Source of the DNA: Candidatus Latescibacterota bacterium
Lineage (GTDB): Bacteria > Latescibacterota > UBA2968 > UBA8231
DNA length: 64,000 nucleotides
Direction: 5' to 3'
Assembly: GCA_965261395.1 (NCBI GenBank)
Contig: OZ253462.1
Location: 5,088,001-5,152,000 of the forward strand
The translations under genes were made by a program, and so were the position numbers. Under the pieces are notes generated by a model that was not told where the DNA came from, searched no databases, and saw only the letters and a program-made list of their open reading frames with translations. Shown here piece after piece: positions 50,472 to 61,075 of this stretch (its first letter is position 1; every line of letters begins with the position of its first letter).

Positions 50472-51862
50472 GCGAACTCGCGCCGCTGGCCATGTTCCTC
50501 TGCACCTTCGCGGTACTGCTATCCGGCTTCCCGGTGGCCTTTTGCCTCGCGGGTACGGCCCTTGGCTTCGCCGGCCTCGGCGTCCTCACCGGCCACTTTG
50601 ACGCGGCCTTTCTCTCGGCTTTGCCGTCCCGCATCTACGGCATCATGTCCAACGAGACCCTGATGGCCGTGCCGCTCTTCGTCTTTATGGGGGTCGTGCT
50701 AGAGCGCTCAAAAATTGCCGAGGACCTGCTCGAAACCATGACCCAGCTCTGCGGCAGCTTGTGCGGCGGGCTGGGGATTTCGGTCTGCCTCGTCGGGGGC
50801 CTGTTGGCAGCCTCCACCGGCATCGTCGGCGCGACGGTCGTCACCATGGGCCTCATTTCGCTGCCGGCCATGCTCAAACGCGCGTACTCCCCAGCGGTTG
50901 CCACCGGCATCATCTGCGCTTCGGGGACGCTCGGCCAGATCATTCCACCCAGCATTGTGCTAGTCATCCTCGGCGACGTCGTCTCCTCGGCCTACCAACA
51001 GGCCCAGCTCAAAATGGGCAATTTCGCCCCGGTCTCCGTGTCGGTCGGCGACCTCTTTATGGGCGCACTCATACCTGGCCTCGTGCTGATGGGCCTCTAT
51101 ATCCTCTATATAGTCGTCCTTGGCCTCATCAAGCCGGCCGCCGTGCCGGCTGTGCCGGCGGAGGAACGCGCGCAAATCCTCAGCGCGGCCTTCTTCCGCC
51201 GCCTCGGCGCGGCCCTCGTGCCGCCTCTAGTCCTCATCAGCGGGGTGCTCGGTTCCATCCTCTTCGGGGTGGCCACCCCGACCGAGGCGGCTTCGGTCGG
51301 CGCAGTTGGTGCCATGCTCTTGGCGCTGGTCAAAGGGCACTTCAACCGCGCCGCGCTCAAAGAAGTCCTGCGCACCACCACTGAGATCAACGCCATGGTC
51401 TTTATCATCCTCATCGGCGCGAGCGTGTTTTCGCTGGTCTTTCGCGGCTACGGGGGCGACGAAGCGGTCGAGAGCTTTCTGACCCATGGGGCGACCGGCG
51501 GCGTGGTCGGCTCTTTCGCGCTGGTGATGGCGGTGATGTTTTTGCTCGGCTTCTTTCTCGACTTCTTCGAGATCATCTTCGTCGTCGTCCCCATCGTCGG
51601 CCCGATCCTCTTGGCGATGGGCTTAGATCCAGTGTGGTTCGGCGTGATGATCGCCTTGAATTTGCAGACTTCTTTTCTCACGCCCCCGTTTGGCTTCTCG
51701 CTCTTTTATCTGCGCGGCGTCGCCCCCCCTGAGATCAGCACGCCGCAGATCTACCGGGGGGTCGTGCCCTTTATCGCGATTCAGGTGCTGCTGTTAGTGG
51801 GGCTGTGGTTCGTGCCGGAGCTGGCTACGTATCTGCCGGCGAAGGTGTTCGGACGCGGGTAA
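50468..51862 (+). CDS. TRAP transporter large permease (DctM)
   Basis: AVPLFVFMG, SGTLGQIIPPS, ATPTEA, QTSFLTPPFG. Confidence 0.92.
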   Translation: MSELAPLAMFLCTFAVLLSGFPVAFCLAGTALGFAGLGVLTGHFDAAFLSALPSRIYGIMSNETLMAVPLFVFMGVVLERSKIAEDLLETMTQLCGSLCGGLGISVCLVGGLLAASTGIVGATVVTMGLISLPAMLKRAYSPAVATGIICASGTLGQIIPPSIVLVILGDVVSSAYQQAQLKMGNFAPVSVSVGDLFMGALIPGLVLMGLYILYIVVLGLIKPAAVPAVPAEERAQILSAAFFRRLGAALVPPLVLISGVLGSILFGVATPTEAASVGAVGAMLLALVKGHFNRAALKEVLRTTTEINAMVFIILIGASVFSLVFRGYGGDEAVESFLTHGATGGVVGSFALVMAVMFLLGFFLDFFEIIFVVVPIVGPILLAMGLDPVWFGVMIALNLQTSFLTPPFGFSLFYLRGVAPPEISTPQIYRGVVPFIAIQVLLLVGLWFVPELATYLPAKVFGRG

Positions 51863-51987
51863 AGTTGGGTGGAATTCGCGTCGCCGGCGACCATTCGGTC
51901 GAATTTTTGGCTTTGGCCGAACGCTTTATAGATCGAACAGATCCGCAGTGAACGCCGACGCTTCTTACCATCTGTGAGGCCAAGTGC

Positions 51988-54084
51988 TCAGAGGCGCTCT
52001 TGGTCAGATTCCCTCACCATAGTCAGAATCCCGACATAGGCGTCGTAGAAATTCTGAATGTTGCCCACGTAATGCACGGGCTGGCCGCAACGACAGAAGC
52101 CGTAGCGAGCTCGTTCGTGATACGCCGGCTTGGCAAGCAGCCGCATCGCCTGTTCCACGTGGCCAAACCACTTATCGGGATTCAACCCTTTCTCGCGGGC
52201 CAAGCGACGCGCGTCGAGCACGTGCCCGTAGCCGACATTGTAGGCGGCCAGCGCAAGACGCATCCGTTCCTCTATGGGGATTTGCGGATCGAAGCGGTTG
52301 ACCAGTTGAGACAGGTACTTTACCCCCGCGTGGATATTCTCTTCGGGGTCGTGCAGATCGGTAAATCCCAACTCGTGCCCGGTGACCGGCATGATCTGCA
52401 TCAGCCCGCGAGCGCCGACCCAGCTAGTGGCCTGAGGATCGAATTTGGATTCCTGGTACATCTGCGCGGTAATCAAGCGCCAGTCCTGGCCGTACTGGCG
52501 GGCGTATTTTTTCACCAACTCATCATAGGGCGACAGGCGGCCGCTCAAATCGACCCGCAGCGAATCCTTTGCCTTGGCGATGGTGCGCTTGTTTTTGAAG
52601 TATCGCTTCTTCATCATGTTAAAAAACAAGCCGCTTTTTTCTTCTTTTACGTACTGGTTGAGCGCTGCCAGCAAGGCCGGATTGTCCTCGCGCACCGCCC
52701 ACCCCAAAGGCGTCGGCTTGATGCTGAAGGCCGCCTTGAGCTGGCGCCCGTAGGCGAGTTCCACGTCGAGCAGATTGGAGTCGCACAGGGTAATGTCGTA
52801 GCGACCCTCTTCGACGCCGGCCAAGATGTCTTCGGTTTCGAGGGAGTCGGGCAGGGACGCGACCTGCAAACCCTCTATGGAATCCTGGAGGGCCATCAGG
52901 GTGGTGAAAAAAGAAGAGCTTCCGCGCACGTGGATCGTGCGCCCGGCCAAGTCCTGCAGGCTGGTAATCGAATCCTCCTCTGCGCGCACTACCACGAGTT
53001 CGTCCACCTCGTTATAAGGCAAGGTGAACGCCGCCTGCGCCCGTCGCTCCTCGGTAATGGTCATCGCCGCGGCCACGATGTCGCCTTTGCCTTCGTGCAA
53101 ATACGCCAGCAGGTCGGCGTGACTTTCTGGGATGACGATATCGAGCCGCAGGTCGTGCCGGTCGGCAAATTCCTTTATAAGCTCGTATTCAAAGCCCACC
53201 TGTCGGCCGCGATGGATAAAATAGGTCAGCGCATTATTGCGGGTGATCATGCGCAACCGCCGACGCTCCTTTAAGCCGGGCAGATCGTCGGTGAAGGCCT
53301 GCTGGGACTGGCGCGTAAACTGCTGGGCAAGCAGATATTCATCGACCTTGGTCTTGAACTGCACATCGTCGGGCCGCATCATCAGGGCAATCGGGCGGTT
53401 TTCGGCCACCATGAGCGGCGTAACCATGTTGTCGTAGTATCTTTTCACCGCCCGCCACAAGTGCTCATCGGCTACGGTCGCCGTGTATTCGCCGCGGACG
53501 ATGCCTTCTATAAGGTGTTCGAGGCCAAGCTGTTCCGGCGCGGCGTGAATGCGCAACGACGGCACCTGTTGCTGAATGTCCAACAGGGTCTGGTAGTGCG
53601 AGCTGGAGCGCCGGACGCCGATTTTCATCCCGGCCAAGTCCTCAATCGTCGTCGGCAGGCTATCGCTGGCCGCGGTAATCAGGTACTCGTCCACGTAGAG
53701 ATACGGCACGGAAAACGCCGCTTGCTCCTGCCGCGCTAGCGTAACCGTCAGACTAGCGGCGACGATATCGCCTTCGCCTCCCAGCAGCTTCTGGACCATC
53801 TGGGCATAATTTTCGGCCTTTACCAGCATCAGCTCTAGATTGAGCTCCTCGGCCAAGTCGCGGGCGAGGTCGTAGTCAATCGTCACCGGTTCCGCGTGCT
53901 TGGGCATGTGGTCAAGCGGCTCCGGCGGAACGATGACGCGCAGCTTGCCGTGGGATTGCAATACCGATAGATCGCCGGTGTACTTGGGCAGCGGCGGAGC
54001 AGGGGTTGCCGGCTGGCTGCATTGAACAAATGTAGAAAGGGCAATAAGCCCTGCAGGAAGAAGCGTTCGAGTGCGAAATAACAC
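51988..54084 (-). CDS. MltF-like lytic transglycosylase with two SBP_bac_3 domains
   Basis: Two PBPb repeats (GDIVAASLT / GDIVAAAMT), QMYQESKF, GLMQIMP, AAYNVG; start GTG after AAGGAGG. Confidence 0.88.
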   Translation of the reverse strand: MLFRTRTLLPAGLIALSTFVQCSQPATPAPPLPKYTGDLSVLQSHGKLRVIVPPEPLDHMPKHAEPVTIDYDLARDLAEELNLELMLVKAENYAQMVQKLLGGEGDIVAASLTVTLARQEQAAFSVPYLYVDEYLITAASDSLPTTIEDLAGMKIGVRRSSSHYQTLLDIQQQVPSLRIHAAPEQLGLEHLIEGIVRGEYTATVADEHLWRAVKRYYDNMVTPLMVAENRPIALMMRPDDVQFKTKVDEYLLAQQFTRQSQQAFTDDLPGLKERRRLRMITRNNALTYFIHRGRQVGFEYELIKEFADRHDLRLDIVIPESHADLLAYLHEGKGDIVAAAMTITEERRAQAAFTLPYNEVDELVVVRAEEDSITSLQDLAGRTIHVRGSSSFFTTLMALQDSIEGLQVASLPDSLETEDILAGVEEGRYDITLCDSNLLDVELAYGRQLKAAFSIKPTPLGWAVREDNPALLAALNQYVKEEKSGLFFNMMKKRYFKNKRTIAKAKDSLRVDLSGRLSPYDELVKKYARQYGQDWRLITAQMYQESKFDPQATSWVGARGLMQIMPVTGHELGFTDLHDPEENIHAGVKYLSQLVNRFDPQIPIEERMRLALAAYNVGYGHVLDARRLAREKGLNPDKWFGHVEQAMRLLAKPAYHERARYGFCRCGQPVHYVGNIQNFYDAYVGILTMVRESDQERL

Positions 54085-54220
54085 GACGCACCTCCTTTCC
54101 AAATCGGCCCGTTCGACGGGCCTCCGTAGTGTTTTAGTCTGGGATAAAAAACGGCGCTTATGGGTTAAATATTGCGCCGTAGAGGTTTTTGGTAGGTTGT
54201 CAGCTCACTGGGCAATATCA

Positions 54221-54553
54221 TCAAAAAGTAGCTACTCCTTTACATCTTCCGTTTGTGCCTAGCGATTGAGTACAAGCGCCTACACTCGCTAGCTCTTCAG
54301 ATGTAATTTTGCTACTGCCCATAAAGTCATCTTCTCAGTTGATGATTTAATCTACCATATCTTGTAGAACAAATTTGCTCATATCCCAAAGTGTAGTATC
54401 ATTTAATTTTTAATACCATCCATGATATTCCCTACACCAATATGTATTAAACCAGATGCCTTTTACTCGTACCTTATACCACCATTTACAAAGTCTGTCT
54501 ATGTAAATTCACTTGTCCTGATTCACGGCGACTAAATCCCCGTTAATTTCCAC
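54221..54553 (-). pseudogene. AT-rich decayed reading frame of unknown origin
   Basis: GGAGG plus GTG start; one ~111-codon frame interrupted by 4 stops (TGA, TAA, TAA, TGA); promoter TTGACG-N17-TATCAT at 54603-54631. Confidence 0.45.
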
Positions 54554-54725
54554 CGCCTCCTCGGGCGCAATAAACCCCTTGTGCCCGCGAGCACGTCCGC
54601 CAATGATAGAATGGTCGGCATCTTTCGTCAAGCAGTTTTATTCCCTTTGTACGGCTTGACGCCACTCCCCTAAAGGGCCTTTATATTTTCTGTACTTGCT
54701 GCCAATACAGCCCATTTAAGGAGGA

Positions 54726-55754
54726 TTGACCGCCGTGCGAACCCATGGACTCACCGTCGTCAAGCCGGGGCGGATTGAGGTTGCAGAGACCGATCTCGAC
54801 GACCACCTGCACCCCCATGAAGTACTAATAGAGACCGAATACTCCATCATCAGCGCCGGCACCGAAGGCGCGGGATTTACCGGCCTCGTCAAGCAGATGC
54901 CTTTCGGCGACGCCGGCCAGTACCCCCGCGACACCGGCTACGGCAACCTCGGCCAAGTGCTGAAGGTCGGCGACGCAGTCTCCGGCGTACAACCGGGCGA
55001 CCGCGTATTGTCCTTTACCCGCCACGCTTCTATCGTCAAAGCGGATGCGCAGCGCATGGCGCTGCCCGTCTCGCGCGAGGCCCCCGGCCAGCACCTCGTG
55101 TTTACGCGCATGGCCGGCGTCAGCATCTCCGCTTTGCGCTCTTCTAGCGTCCAGCCCGGAGACACAGTGCTGGTGGTCGGCGGCGGTCTCGTGGGCAATT
55201 TCGCCGCCCAGCTCTTCCGCCTAGCTGGTGCCGATGTCATGCTCGCGGATTTATCCGAACTGCGCCTGCGCCAAGCGCGTGCCTGCGGCATCAAGCACAC
55301 GGTCAATCCCGGCCGCGACGATCTGGAAGAAGTGGTGCGCGACTGGACCGGCGGCGCTGGTGCTCGCATCGGCGTCGAGGCCATTGGCATCAGCGAAGTT
55401 ATCGCCCAGACCGCGATGTGCATTGCCCGCCACGGCGAACTCATCCTACTCGGCAGCCCGCGGGCCCCGGCCCACTTCGATGTCACGCCCATGCTGCTGC
55501 GCATCCATCTAGAGGCGATTCGCATGATCGGCGCCCTCGAGTGGCGCTGGCCGCAGCACGAGACTGAGCGCTGCCGCGATCTCGACGCCAATTATCGCCA
55601 AATCGCCGTGTGGATCGCCGGCGGCCAGCTCGTCGTCGAACCTCTGCTCTCCCACCTAGGCTCTCCAGCAGACTGCCAGCAGATGTACGAAGGGCTTACC
55701 GCCAATAAAGAGGAATACCTCGGCGTGGTCTTCGACTGGTCGCTCCTGAGTTAG
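54726..55754 (+). CDS. MDR-family (zinc-binding-type) dehydrogenase
   Basis: YSIISAGTE, GYGNLG, VVGGGLVG. Confidence 0.85.
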   Translation: MTAVRTHGLTVVKPGRIEVAETDLDDHLHPHEVLIETEYSIISAGTEGAGFTGLVKQMPFGDAGQYPRDTGYGNLGQVLKVGDAVSGVQPGDRVLSFTRHASIVKADAQRMALPVSREAPGQHLVFTRMAGVSISALRSSSVQPGDTVLVVGGGLVGNFAAQLFRLAGADVMLADLSELRLRQARACGIKHTVNPGRDDLEEVVRDWTGGAGARIGVEAIGISEVIAQTAMCIARHGELILLGSPRAPAHFDVTPMLLRIHLEAIRMIGALEWRWPQHETERCRDLDANYRQIAVWIAGGQLVVEPLLSHLGSPADCQQMYEGLTANKEEYLGVVFDWSLLS

Positions 55755-55758
55755 TTCC

Positions 55759-57228
55759 ATGTCAACGCATTACCTCGCGCTAGACATCGGCTCGACGACC
55801 GTCGTCGCCATCGTCATTGACCTCGACACCAACGCCGTCGTCGGCGCAGCCAGCACGGCCAATCTGTCCGAAGTGACCTCCCCGGCGGACAAGCGAATCA
55901 GCCGCTCGGAGTGGAACCTCGACGCGATGACCGAGCTGGCCATCGGCAACGCCGCCGCGCTCGTAGCCCGCATCAACGCCCGGCCAGCAGCCATCGGCAT
56001 CACCGGGCAGCAACAGGGCCTTCAGCTTCTCGACGCCGCGCTCAATGCCGTAGGCCCTTTCTTCTCCTGGCAGGACCAGCGCGCCCAAGAACCCCTACCT
56101 GACCAGCAACACACCTACCTAGACGCTATAGCCCAGCGCGGGGGTGCCACCGCCGCCGAAGACGAGCAGCCCGCCTTTGCCCATACCGGCTGCCCTCTCG
56201 TGGCCGGCCACGCTGCGCCGCACCTGTTTTGGCTGCAAGCCAACGATCAGCTTCCCAGCGGCGTCAGCGGCACCACGGCCCCTGAGTTTGTGGTATCGCG
56301 CTTGGTGGGCAAACAGCCCGTTGTCGATCCCACGGACGCGCACGGCTGGGGCGTCTATGACGTGGCCAAACGCGGCTGGGCGGACGAGCTTATCGCCGCC
56401 CTTGGCCTAGGCCAGTCGCTGTTTCCCGATCTCGCCGAATCGTGTACCATGGCCGGTCCCCTGACCACAGCAATGGCCCACAAGCTCGGCGTACCAACGG
56501 GCTTGCCCGTCGCCGTGGCGTCCGGCGATCACCAGTGCAGCTTTGCCGGCACGGTCGCCGATTACGCCAACACCGTGGCGGTCAATGTCGGCACTGGCGG
56601 GCAAGCCGCACTGTATATCGAAACCCCACTGCCGCGCGGCTGGCTCGAATTGCGTCCCTATATGCAGCGCGGCTATCTGCTGGCCGGCGTGGGGGCCGTT
56701 GGCGGGCGGACGTTCAGGACGCTGCGCGACTTCTTCGCCGACGCCATCTATGCCCTCGCTGATGTCCAACCCGACCGCGAGGCCCTCTACGAGCGGCTCG
56801 TCGCATTGGCAGCCGACGTACCGACCGGTGCCGAGGGCGTGCGCGCCGATCCGCTGTTTTCCGGGTCGCGCAGCAGTCCACACGCCAAAGCCACTTTCCG
56901 CGAGCTGACCGCGGCGACGCTGACTGCCGGACATCTGACGCGCGCGCTATTGGAAGGCATGGCCGTCGAATTGGCCGACTCATACCGCGAGGCCATCCGC
57001 CTGGGCAGCGGCACGCGCTCCAAGCTGGTTGGCGCGGGCAACGGCATCAAGCTAAATCCCGTGCTGCGGGCGGCGCTAGAAGCTGAGTTCGCTATGCCGC
57101 TGCACGTGGGATCGCACGGCGAAGAGGCGGCCGTCGGTGCCGCGCTGTGCGCCGCCGTGGCCGACGGCGCGTTTGGCTCTATTGCCGAAGCGAGCGCGGT
57201 GTTTGCTAGAGACCCTCCTTCCAAATGA
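55759..57228 (+). CDS. FGGY carbohydrate kinase (sedoheptulokinase-like)
   Basis: LDIGSTT, GITGQQQG, WQDQR, GDHQCS, NVGTGGQ, EEAAVGAA. Confidence 0.85.
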   Translation: MSTHYLALDIGSTTVVAIVIDLDTNAVVGAASTANLSEVTSPADKRISRSEWNLDAMTELAIGNAAALVARINARPAAIGITGQQQGLQLLDAALNAVGPFFSWQDQRAQEPLPDQQHTYLDAIAQRGGATAAEDEQPAFAHTGCPLVAGHAAPHLFWLQANDQLPSGVSGTTAPEFVVSRLVGKQPVVDPTDAHGWGVYDVAKRGWADELIAALGLGQSLFPDLAESCTMAGPLTTAMAHKLGVPTGLPVAVASGDHQCSFAGTVADYANTVAVNVGTGGQAALYIETPLPRGWLELRPYMQRGYLLAGVGAVGGRTFRTLRDFFADAIYALADVQPDREALYERLVALAADVPTGAEGVRADPLFSGSRSSPHAKATFRELTAATLTAGHLTRALLEGMAVELADSYREAIRLGSGTRSKLVGAGNGIKLNPVLRAALEAEFAMPLHVGSHGEEAAVGAALCAAVADGAFGSIAEASAVFARDPPSK

Positions 57229-57319
57229 AAAAACCGAGGGTAACATGAAACATATCGAGATTGTCGATGGTGTTGAAATGGATAAGTCGACTATTAACCA
57301 CTTAAAACAGGAGTCTTAG

Positions 57320-60169
57320 ATGAGACGAGTTTTGATACTGTTCGTTGTGTTTCCACTGCTGCTGTGCGCCTGCGCCAGCACGTCGCCAACGCCCGTGCAA
57401 CAGGCCGCGATGGAAGAGACGACCGAGGAGAAGCTGCCCATTGATTCGCTGGTGACCGTCGGCCAGCTAGACAACGGCCTGCGCTATGTCATCCGCAAAA
57501 ACCAGAAACCCGAGAACCGAGTCGAGCTGCGGCTAGTGGTCGATGTAGGCTCAGTGCTGGAGGACGAAGAGCAGCAAGGGCTGGCGCACTTTGCCGAGCA
57601 CATGGCCTTCAACGGCACCAAAAACTTTGCCAAGCAGGAGTTGGTGGACTATCTGGAGCTAATCGGCATGCGCTTTGGGCCGGATCTCAATGCCTATACC
57701 AGCTTCGACGAAACCGTGTACATGCTGACGGTACCTACCGACAGCACCGAGGTGGTGCACACAGCCTTCCAAATCTTGGAGGACTGGGCGCACCAGATCA
57801 GCTTTGAGACCGAGGAGATCGACAAGGAACGGGGCGTAGTCGTCGAAGAGTGGCGGCTGGGGCGCGGCGCACAGCGGCGCATGTTCGACAAGCAATTGCC
57901 CATCCTCCTAAAAGATTCGCGCTACGCCGTGCGCCTGCCTATCGGCCAGAAGGCCGTGCTCGACACCTTTCAGCACGAGGCCCTGCGCCGCTTTTACCAA
58001 ACCTGGTACCGGCCCGATCTGATGGGTTTTGTGGCCGTCGGCGACATTGAGCCAGCGGCAATAGAGGCACTAGTGCAGGAGTATTTTGCGCGCATCCCCT
58101 CGGCAGAAGGCCCCAGCGAACGCACGGTGTTCCCCGTGCCCGACCACGAGGAGACGCTGTTCTCCATTGCCACCGACCCAGAAGCCACCTACAACAACGT
58201 CAGCATCTACTACAAAATGGACGTGCGGCCCCAGGGGACGGTGAGCACCTACCGCCGCTCGCTCATTGAGGCCCTATATCACCAGATGTTAAACCAGCGC
58301 CTGCACGAACTGACCAAGCTACCCGAGCCGCCTTTTTTAGGGGCCTATTCGGGCCAAGGGCGCTGGCTGCGCTCCAAGGAGTTTTTCATCCTCGGCGCTG
58401 CGGTGCAAAACAACGGTTTCGACGCGGGGCTTGAGGCTCTGTTGATTGAAGCGGCTAGAGTGCGGGAATTCGGCTTTACCGCCTCCGAGCTGGAGCGCGA
58501 GAAAAAGGAAATGCTGCGCGGCATGGAGCAGTCCTACCGCGAGCGCGATAAGCAGCAGTCGAGCGGTTTTGCCTCCGAATACGTGCGCCACCTGCTGACC
58601 GACGAGGCCATCCCCGGCATTGCCAAGGAGTACGAACTCTATCAGGAACTGGTACCCGGCATTGCGCTGGCAGAGGTCAATGCGCTGGCCAGCGAGTGGA
58701 CGAGCGGAAAAAACCGAGTGATCACCGTGGAGGCTCCCGAGCAAGAGGGTATTGCCGTGCCCAACGAGCAGGATCTGCTGGCGATCTTCGCCGAGGCGGC
58801 GCAGCAGGAGATCGAGCCGTACGCCGAAGAGGTGTCCGACGAGCCGCTGGTGGCCCAGGTGCCAGCTCCGGCTGAAATCGTCGAACGCAGCCAAATCCCC
58901 GAGATCGGCGTGACTTGGTGGACCCTCGCCAACGGCATCCGGGTCTGCCTGAAGCCGACGGACTTCAAAAACGATGAGATCCTCTTCCGGGCCTATAGCC
59001 CCGGCGGGCACTCGCTGGTCCCCGACGCCGACTACGTGGCGGCTTCGACGGCGACCTCGGTGGTAAGCGAAGGCGGCGTGGGGCCGTTTAACAAGATCTC
59101 ACTGGAGAAGAAACTGGCCGGCAAAGTGGTGCGGGTATCGCCGTGGATCAGCAGCTTGCGGGAGGGCATTTCTGGCTCGGCCTCGCCCGAAGATATTCAG
59201 ACCATGTTCGAGCTGATCTACGCCTTCTTCACCGCGCCACGCCAAGACAGCACAGCTTTCCAAGCCTACCAGACGCTCATGCGAGGCTCCATCCAAAACC
59301 GCAGTGCGCGCCCAGAGACAGCTTTCGGCGACACCATTGCGGTCACCATGGCGCAGTATCACCACCGGGCGCGCCCCTGGTCGCTGGAGTTGCTCGACGA
59401 GATGGACTTGGCCACGTCGATGGCCGTGTATCAAGATCGCTTTGCCGACGCCGGCGACTTCTCGTTTTTCTTTGTCGGCAACTTCACCCTCGAAGACATG
59501 GAGCCACTGGTGCGCACTTATTTGGGCGGCTTGCCGGCCACGGGACGGGAGGAGACTTGGCGCGATGTCGGCATTGAGGCCCCAGAGGGTGTGATCGACA
59601 AAGCGGTCTATCGCGGCATCGAACCCAAAAGCCAATCGCGGATGATTTTCACCGGCCCCTTTGAATACGACGGCTGGAAAAACAACCTCGAACTCAGGGC
59701 TATGACCTCCGCGCTGCAGATCAAGCTGCGCGAGGTGTTGCGCGAGGACTTGGGCGGCACCTATGGGGTATGGGTCAGCAGCAGCGGCTCGCAGTACCCG
59801 GACGAGAAGTACAGCATCTCCATCTCTTTCGGCAGCGACCCCGAGCGCGTCGAGGAGCTGACGCAGGTGATCTTCGAGCAGATCGACAGCCTAAAAACCG
59901 TCGGTACCACCGACCTCTACGTCGATAAGGTCAAGGAAATGCGCAAGCGCCAGCGCGAGACCGACCTTAAGGAAAACAGCTTCTGGGTCGGGTCTCTGGA
60001 GTCGCTCGACTTCAACGGGGTCGATCCACGGCTGCTGATTCAGTATCCAGCGTTGGTCGATTCGCTGACTGTGGAGGCGGTGCAGCAATCGGCGCAGAAG
60101 TATTTCAATATGGACCGCTATGTGCGGGTGGTGCTCTATCCAGAGGAGGGTGAGTCGGAGGAAGAGTAG
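57320..60169 (+). CDS. M16 (PqqL-like) zinc peptidase, lipoprotein
   Basis: LCAC lipobox, GLAHFAEHMAFNGT, NAYTSFDETVY, LREDLGGTY. Confidence 0.92.
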   Translation: MRRVLILFVVFPLLLCACASTSPTPVQQAAMEETTEEKLPIDSLVTVGQLDNGLRYVIRKNQKPENRVELRLVVDVGSVLEDEEQQGLAHFAEHMAFNGTKNFAKQELVDYLELIGMRFGPDLNAYTSFDETVYMLTVPTDSTEVVHTAFQILEDWAHQISFETEEIDKERGVVVEEWRLGRGAQRRMFDKQLPILLKDSRYAVRLPIGQKAVLDTFQHEALRRFYQTWYRPDLMGFVAVGDIEPAAIEALVQEYFARIPSAEGPSERTVFPVPDHEETLFSIATDPEATYNNVSIYYKMDVRPQGTVSTYRRSLIEALYHQMLNQRLHELTKLPEPPFLGAYSGQGRWLRSKEFFILGAAVQNNGFDAGLEALLIEAARVREFGFTASELEREKKEMLRGMEQSYRERDKQQSSGFASEYVRHLLTDEAIPGIAKEYELYQELVPGIALAEVNALASEWTSGKNRVITVEAPEQEGIAVPNEQDLLAIFAEAAQQEIEPYAEEVSDEPLVAQVPAPAEIVERSQIPEIGVTWWTLANGIRVCLKPTDFKNDEILFRAYSPGGHSLVPDADYVAASTATSVVSEGGVGPFNKISLEKKLAGKVVRVSPWISSLREGISGSASPEDIQTMFELIYAFFTAPRQDSTAFQAYQTLMRGSIQNRSARPETAFGDTIAVTMAQYHHRARPWSLELLDEMDLATSMAVYQDRFADAGDFSFFFVGNFTLEDMEPLVRTYLGGLPATGREETWRDVGIEAPEGVIDKAVYRGIEPKSQSRMIFTGPFEYDGWKNNLELRAMTSALQIKLREVLREDLGGTYGVWVSSSGSQYPDEKYSISISFGSDPERVEELTQVIFEQIDSLKTVGTTDLYVDKVKEMRKRQRETDLKENSFWVGSLESLDFNGVDPRLLIQYPALVDSLTVEAVQQSAQKYFNMDRYVRVVLYPEEGESEEE

Positions 60170-60295
60170 CGCTACGAGGAATCGTATATTTTTCTCGCCA
60201 CTACGTCGCCGTCGGCCCGAGCTGTTTTGGTTGGGTCGGCGGCGACTTTATCACCGTGGCCGAAGCAAGAGAATGCAGCAGACTCTCGCCCCCAA

Positions 60296-61075
60296 CTACA
60301 ACTGCCACATAATGCTACCATCGTTTCGCGTGGTGAGTACCTTTCGCCACTCCTGTCCGCGCGGACCATTGAACCATCCACCTGTGGCGTGTTGTCCGTA
60401 TATGCCAGCCATTTCCTGCGTGTCGTACTGAATTGGCCCATCGGACATGACCACCAGCGATGGACTACAGTAATCGAAAACCTCTCTACAATAGCCGCTC
60501 TCTCGACCGTGATGCGAAGCAACAAAAATGTTGACACGTCCAAGTAATGTACAGACATAAGGATTCTTGAGTAGTTCAATCCAGCCCGGCTGTTCAAGAT
60601 CACCTGGAAGAACAAAGGAAAGATTGCCAATATCCAAAAATATGAGCAGACTCAGATTGTTGGTATCTGTGAACGATGGATAATTGTTATGGAACGTCTG
60701 CACTCGGATCCCCGGCGGCTCAAGCTGATCGTTGGAGACTACTCCTGTATAATTGTCAATCATTTCGAGTAGTTTATCCATAGCAGGGCTGATAGGCGGT
60801 GTCTTCAGGTTACGCAGTTGAGTAGAATTAATACTGGAATTACGAGTTAGTATCTCGATCTTGAAATACTGCTGTAACATCGGCAAGTCTGCAATATGGT
60901 CTTCGTCGTAATTTGTCACAAATAGCCAACGTATAACTCTTATACCTTGTGTCCAAAGGTATTGAGAGGGCTGGCATGTCGATGAATAACCACAGTCAAA
61001 AAGAAAAACGCTACCGTCTTCCGCTATAGAGTAAGCGGCAAATCCATGTTCTACATTTAGAATCTCGAACTTCAT
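60296..61075 (-). CDS. ComEC/Rec2-like MBL-fold hydrolase 2
   Basis: FEILNVEHG, FDCG, TNYDEDH, LPGDLE, ASHHG; ATG overlaps the upstream TGA. Confidence 0.85.
   Translation of the reverse strand: MKFEILNVEHGFAAYSIAEDGSVFLFDCGYSSTCQPSQYLWTQGIRVIRWLFVTNYDEDHIADLPMLQQYFKIEILTRNSSINSTQLRNLKTPPISPAMDKLLEMIDNYTGVVSNDQLEPPGIRVQTFHNNYPSFTDTNNLSLLIFLDIGNLSFVLPGDLEQPGWIELLKNPYVCTLLGRVNIFVASHHGRESGYCREVFDYCSPSLVVMSDGPIQYDTQEMAGIYGQHATGGWFNGPRGQEWRKVLTTRNDGSIMWQL

Noticed and set aside
52000-53274. Long antisense ORFs (also 758-2017, 27728-28816, 40604-41491, 45787-46653)
   Set aside because: Shadows of real genes, expected at high GC; no protein motifs.
54221-54553. Stop-codon recoding (Sec or alternative genetic code)
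   Set aside because: The stops are a mix of TGA and TAA, and surrounding genes use the standard code.
60172-60630. 152-aa minus-strand ORF overlapping MBL hydrolase 2
   Set aside because: Alternative frame of an intact gene; no evidence of a frameshift or separate product.
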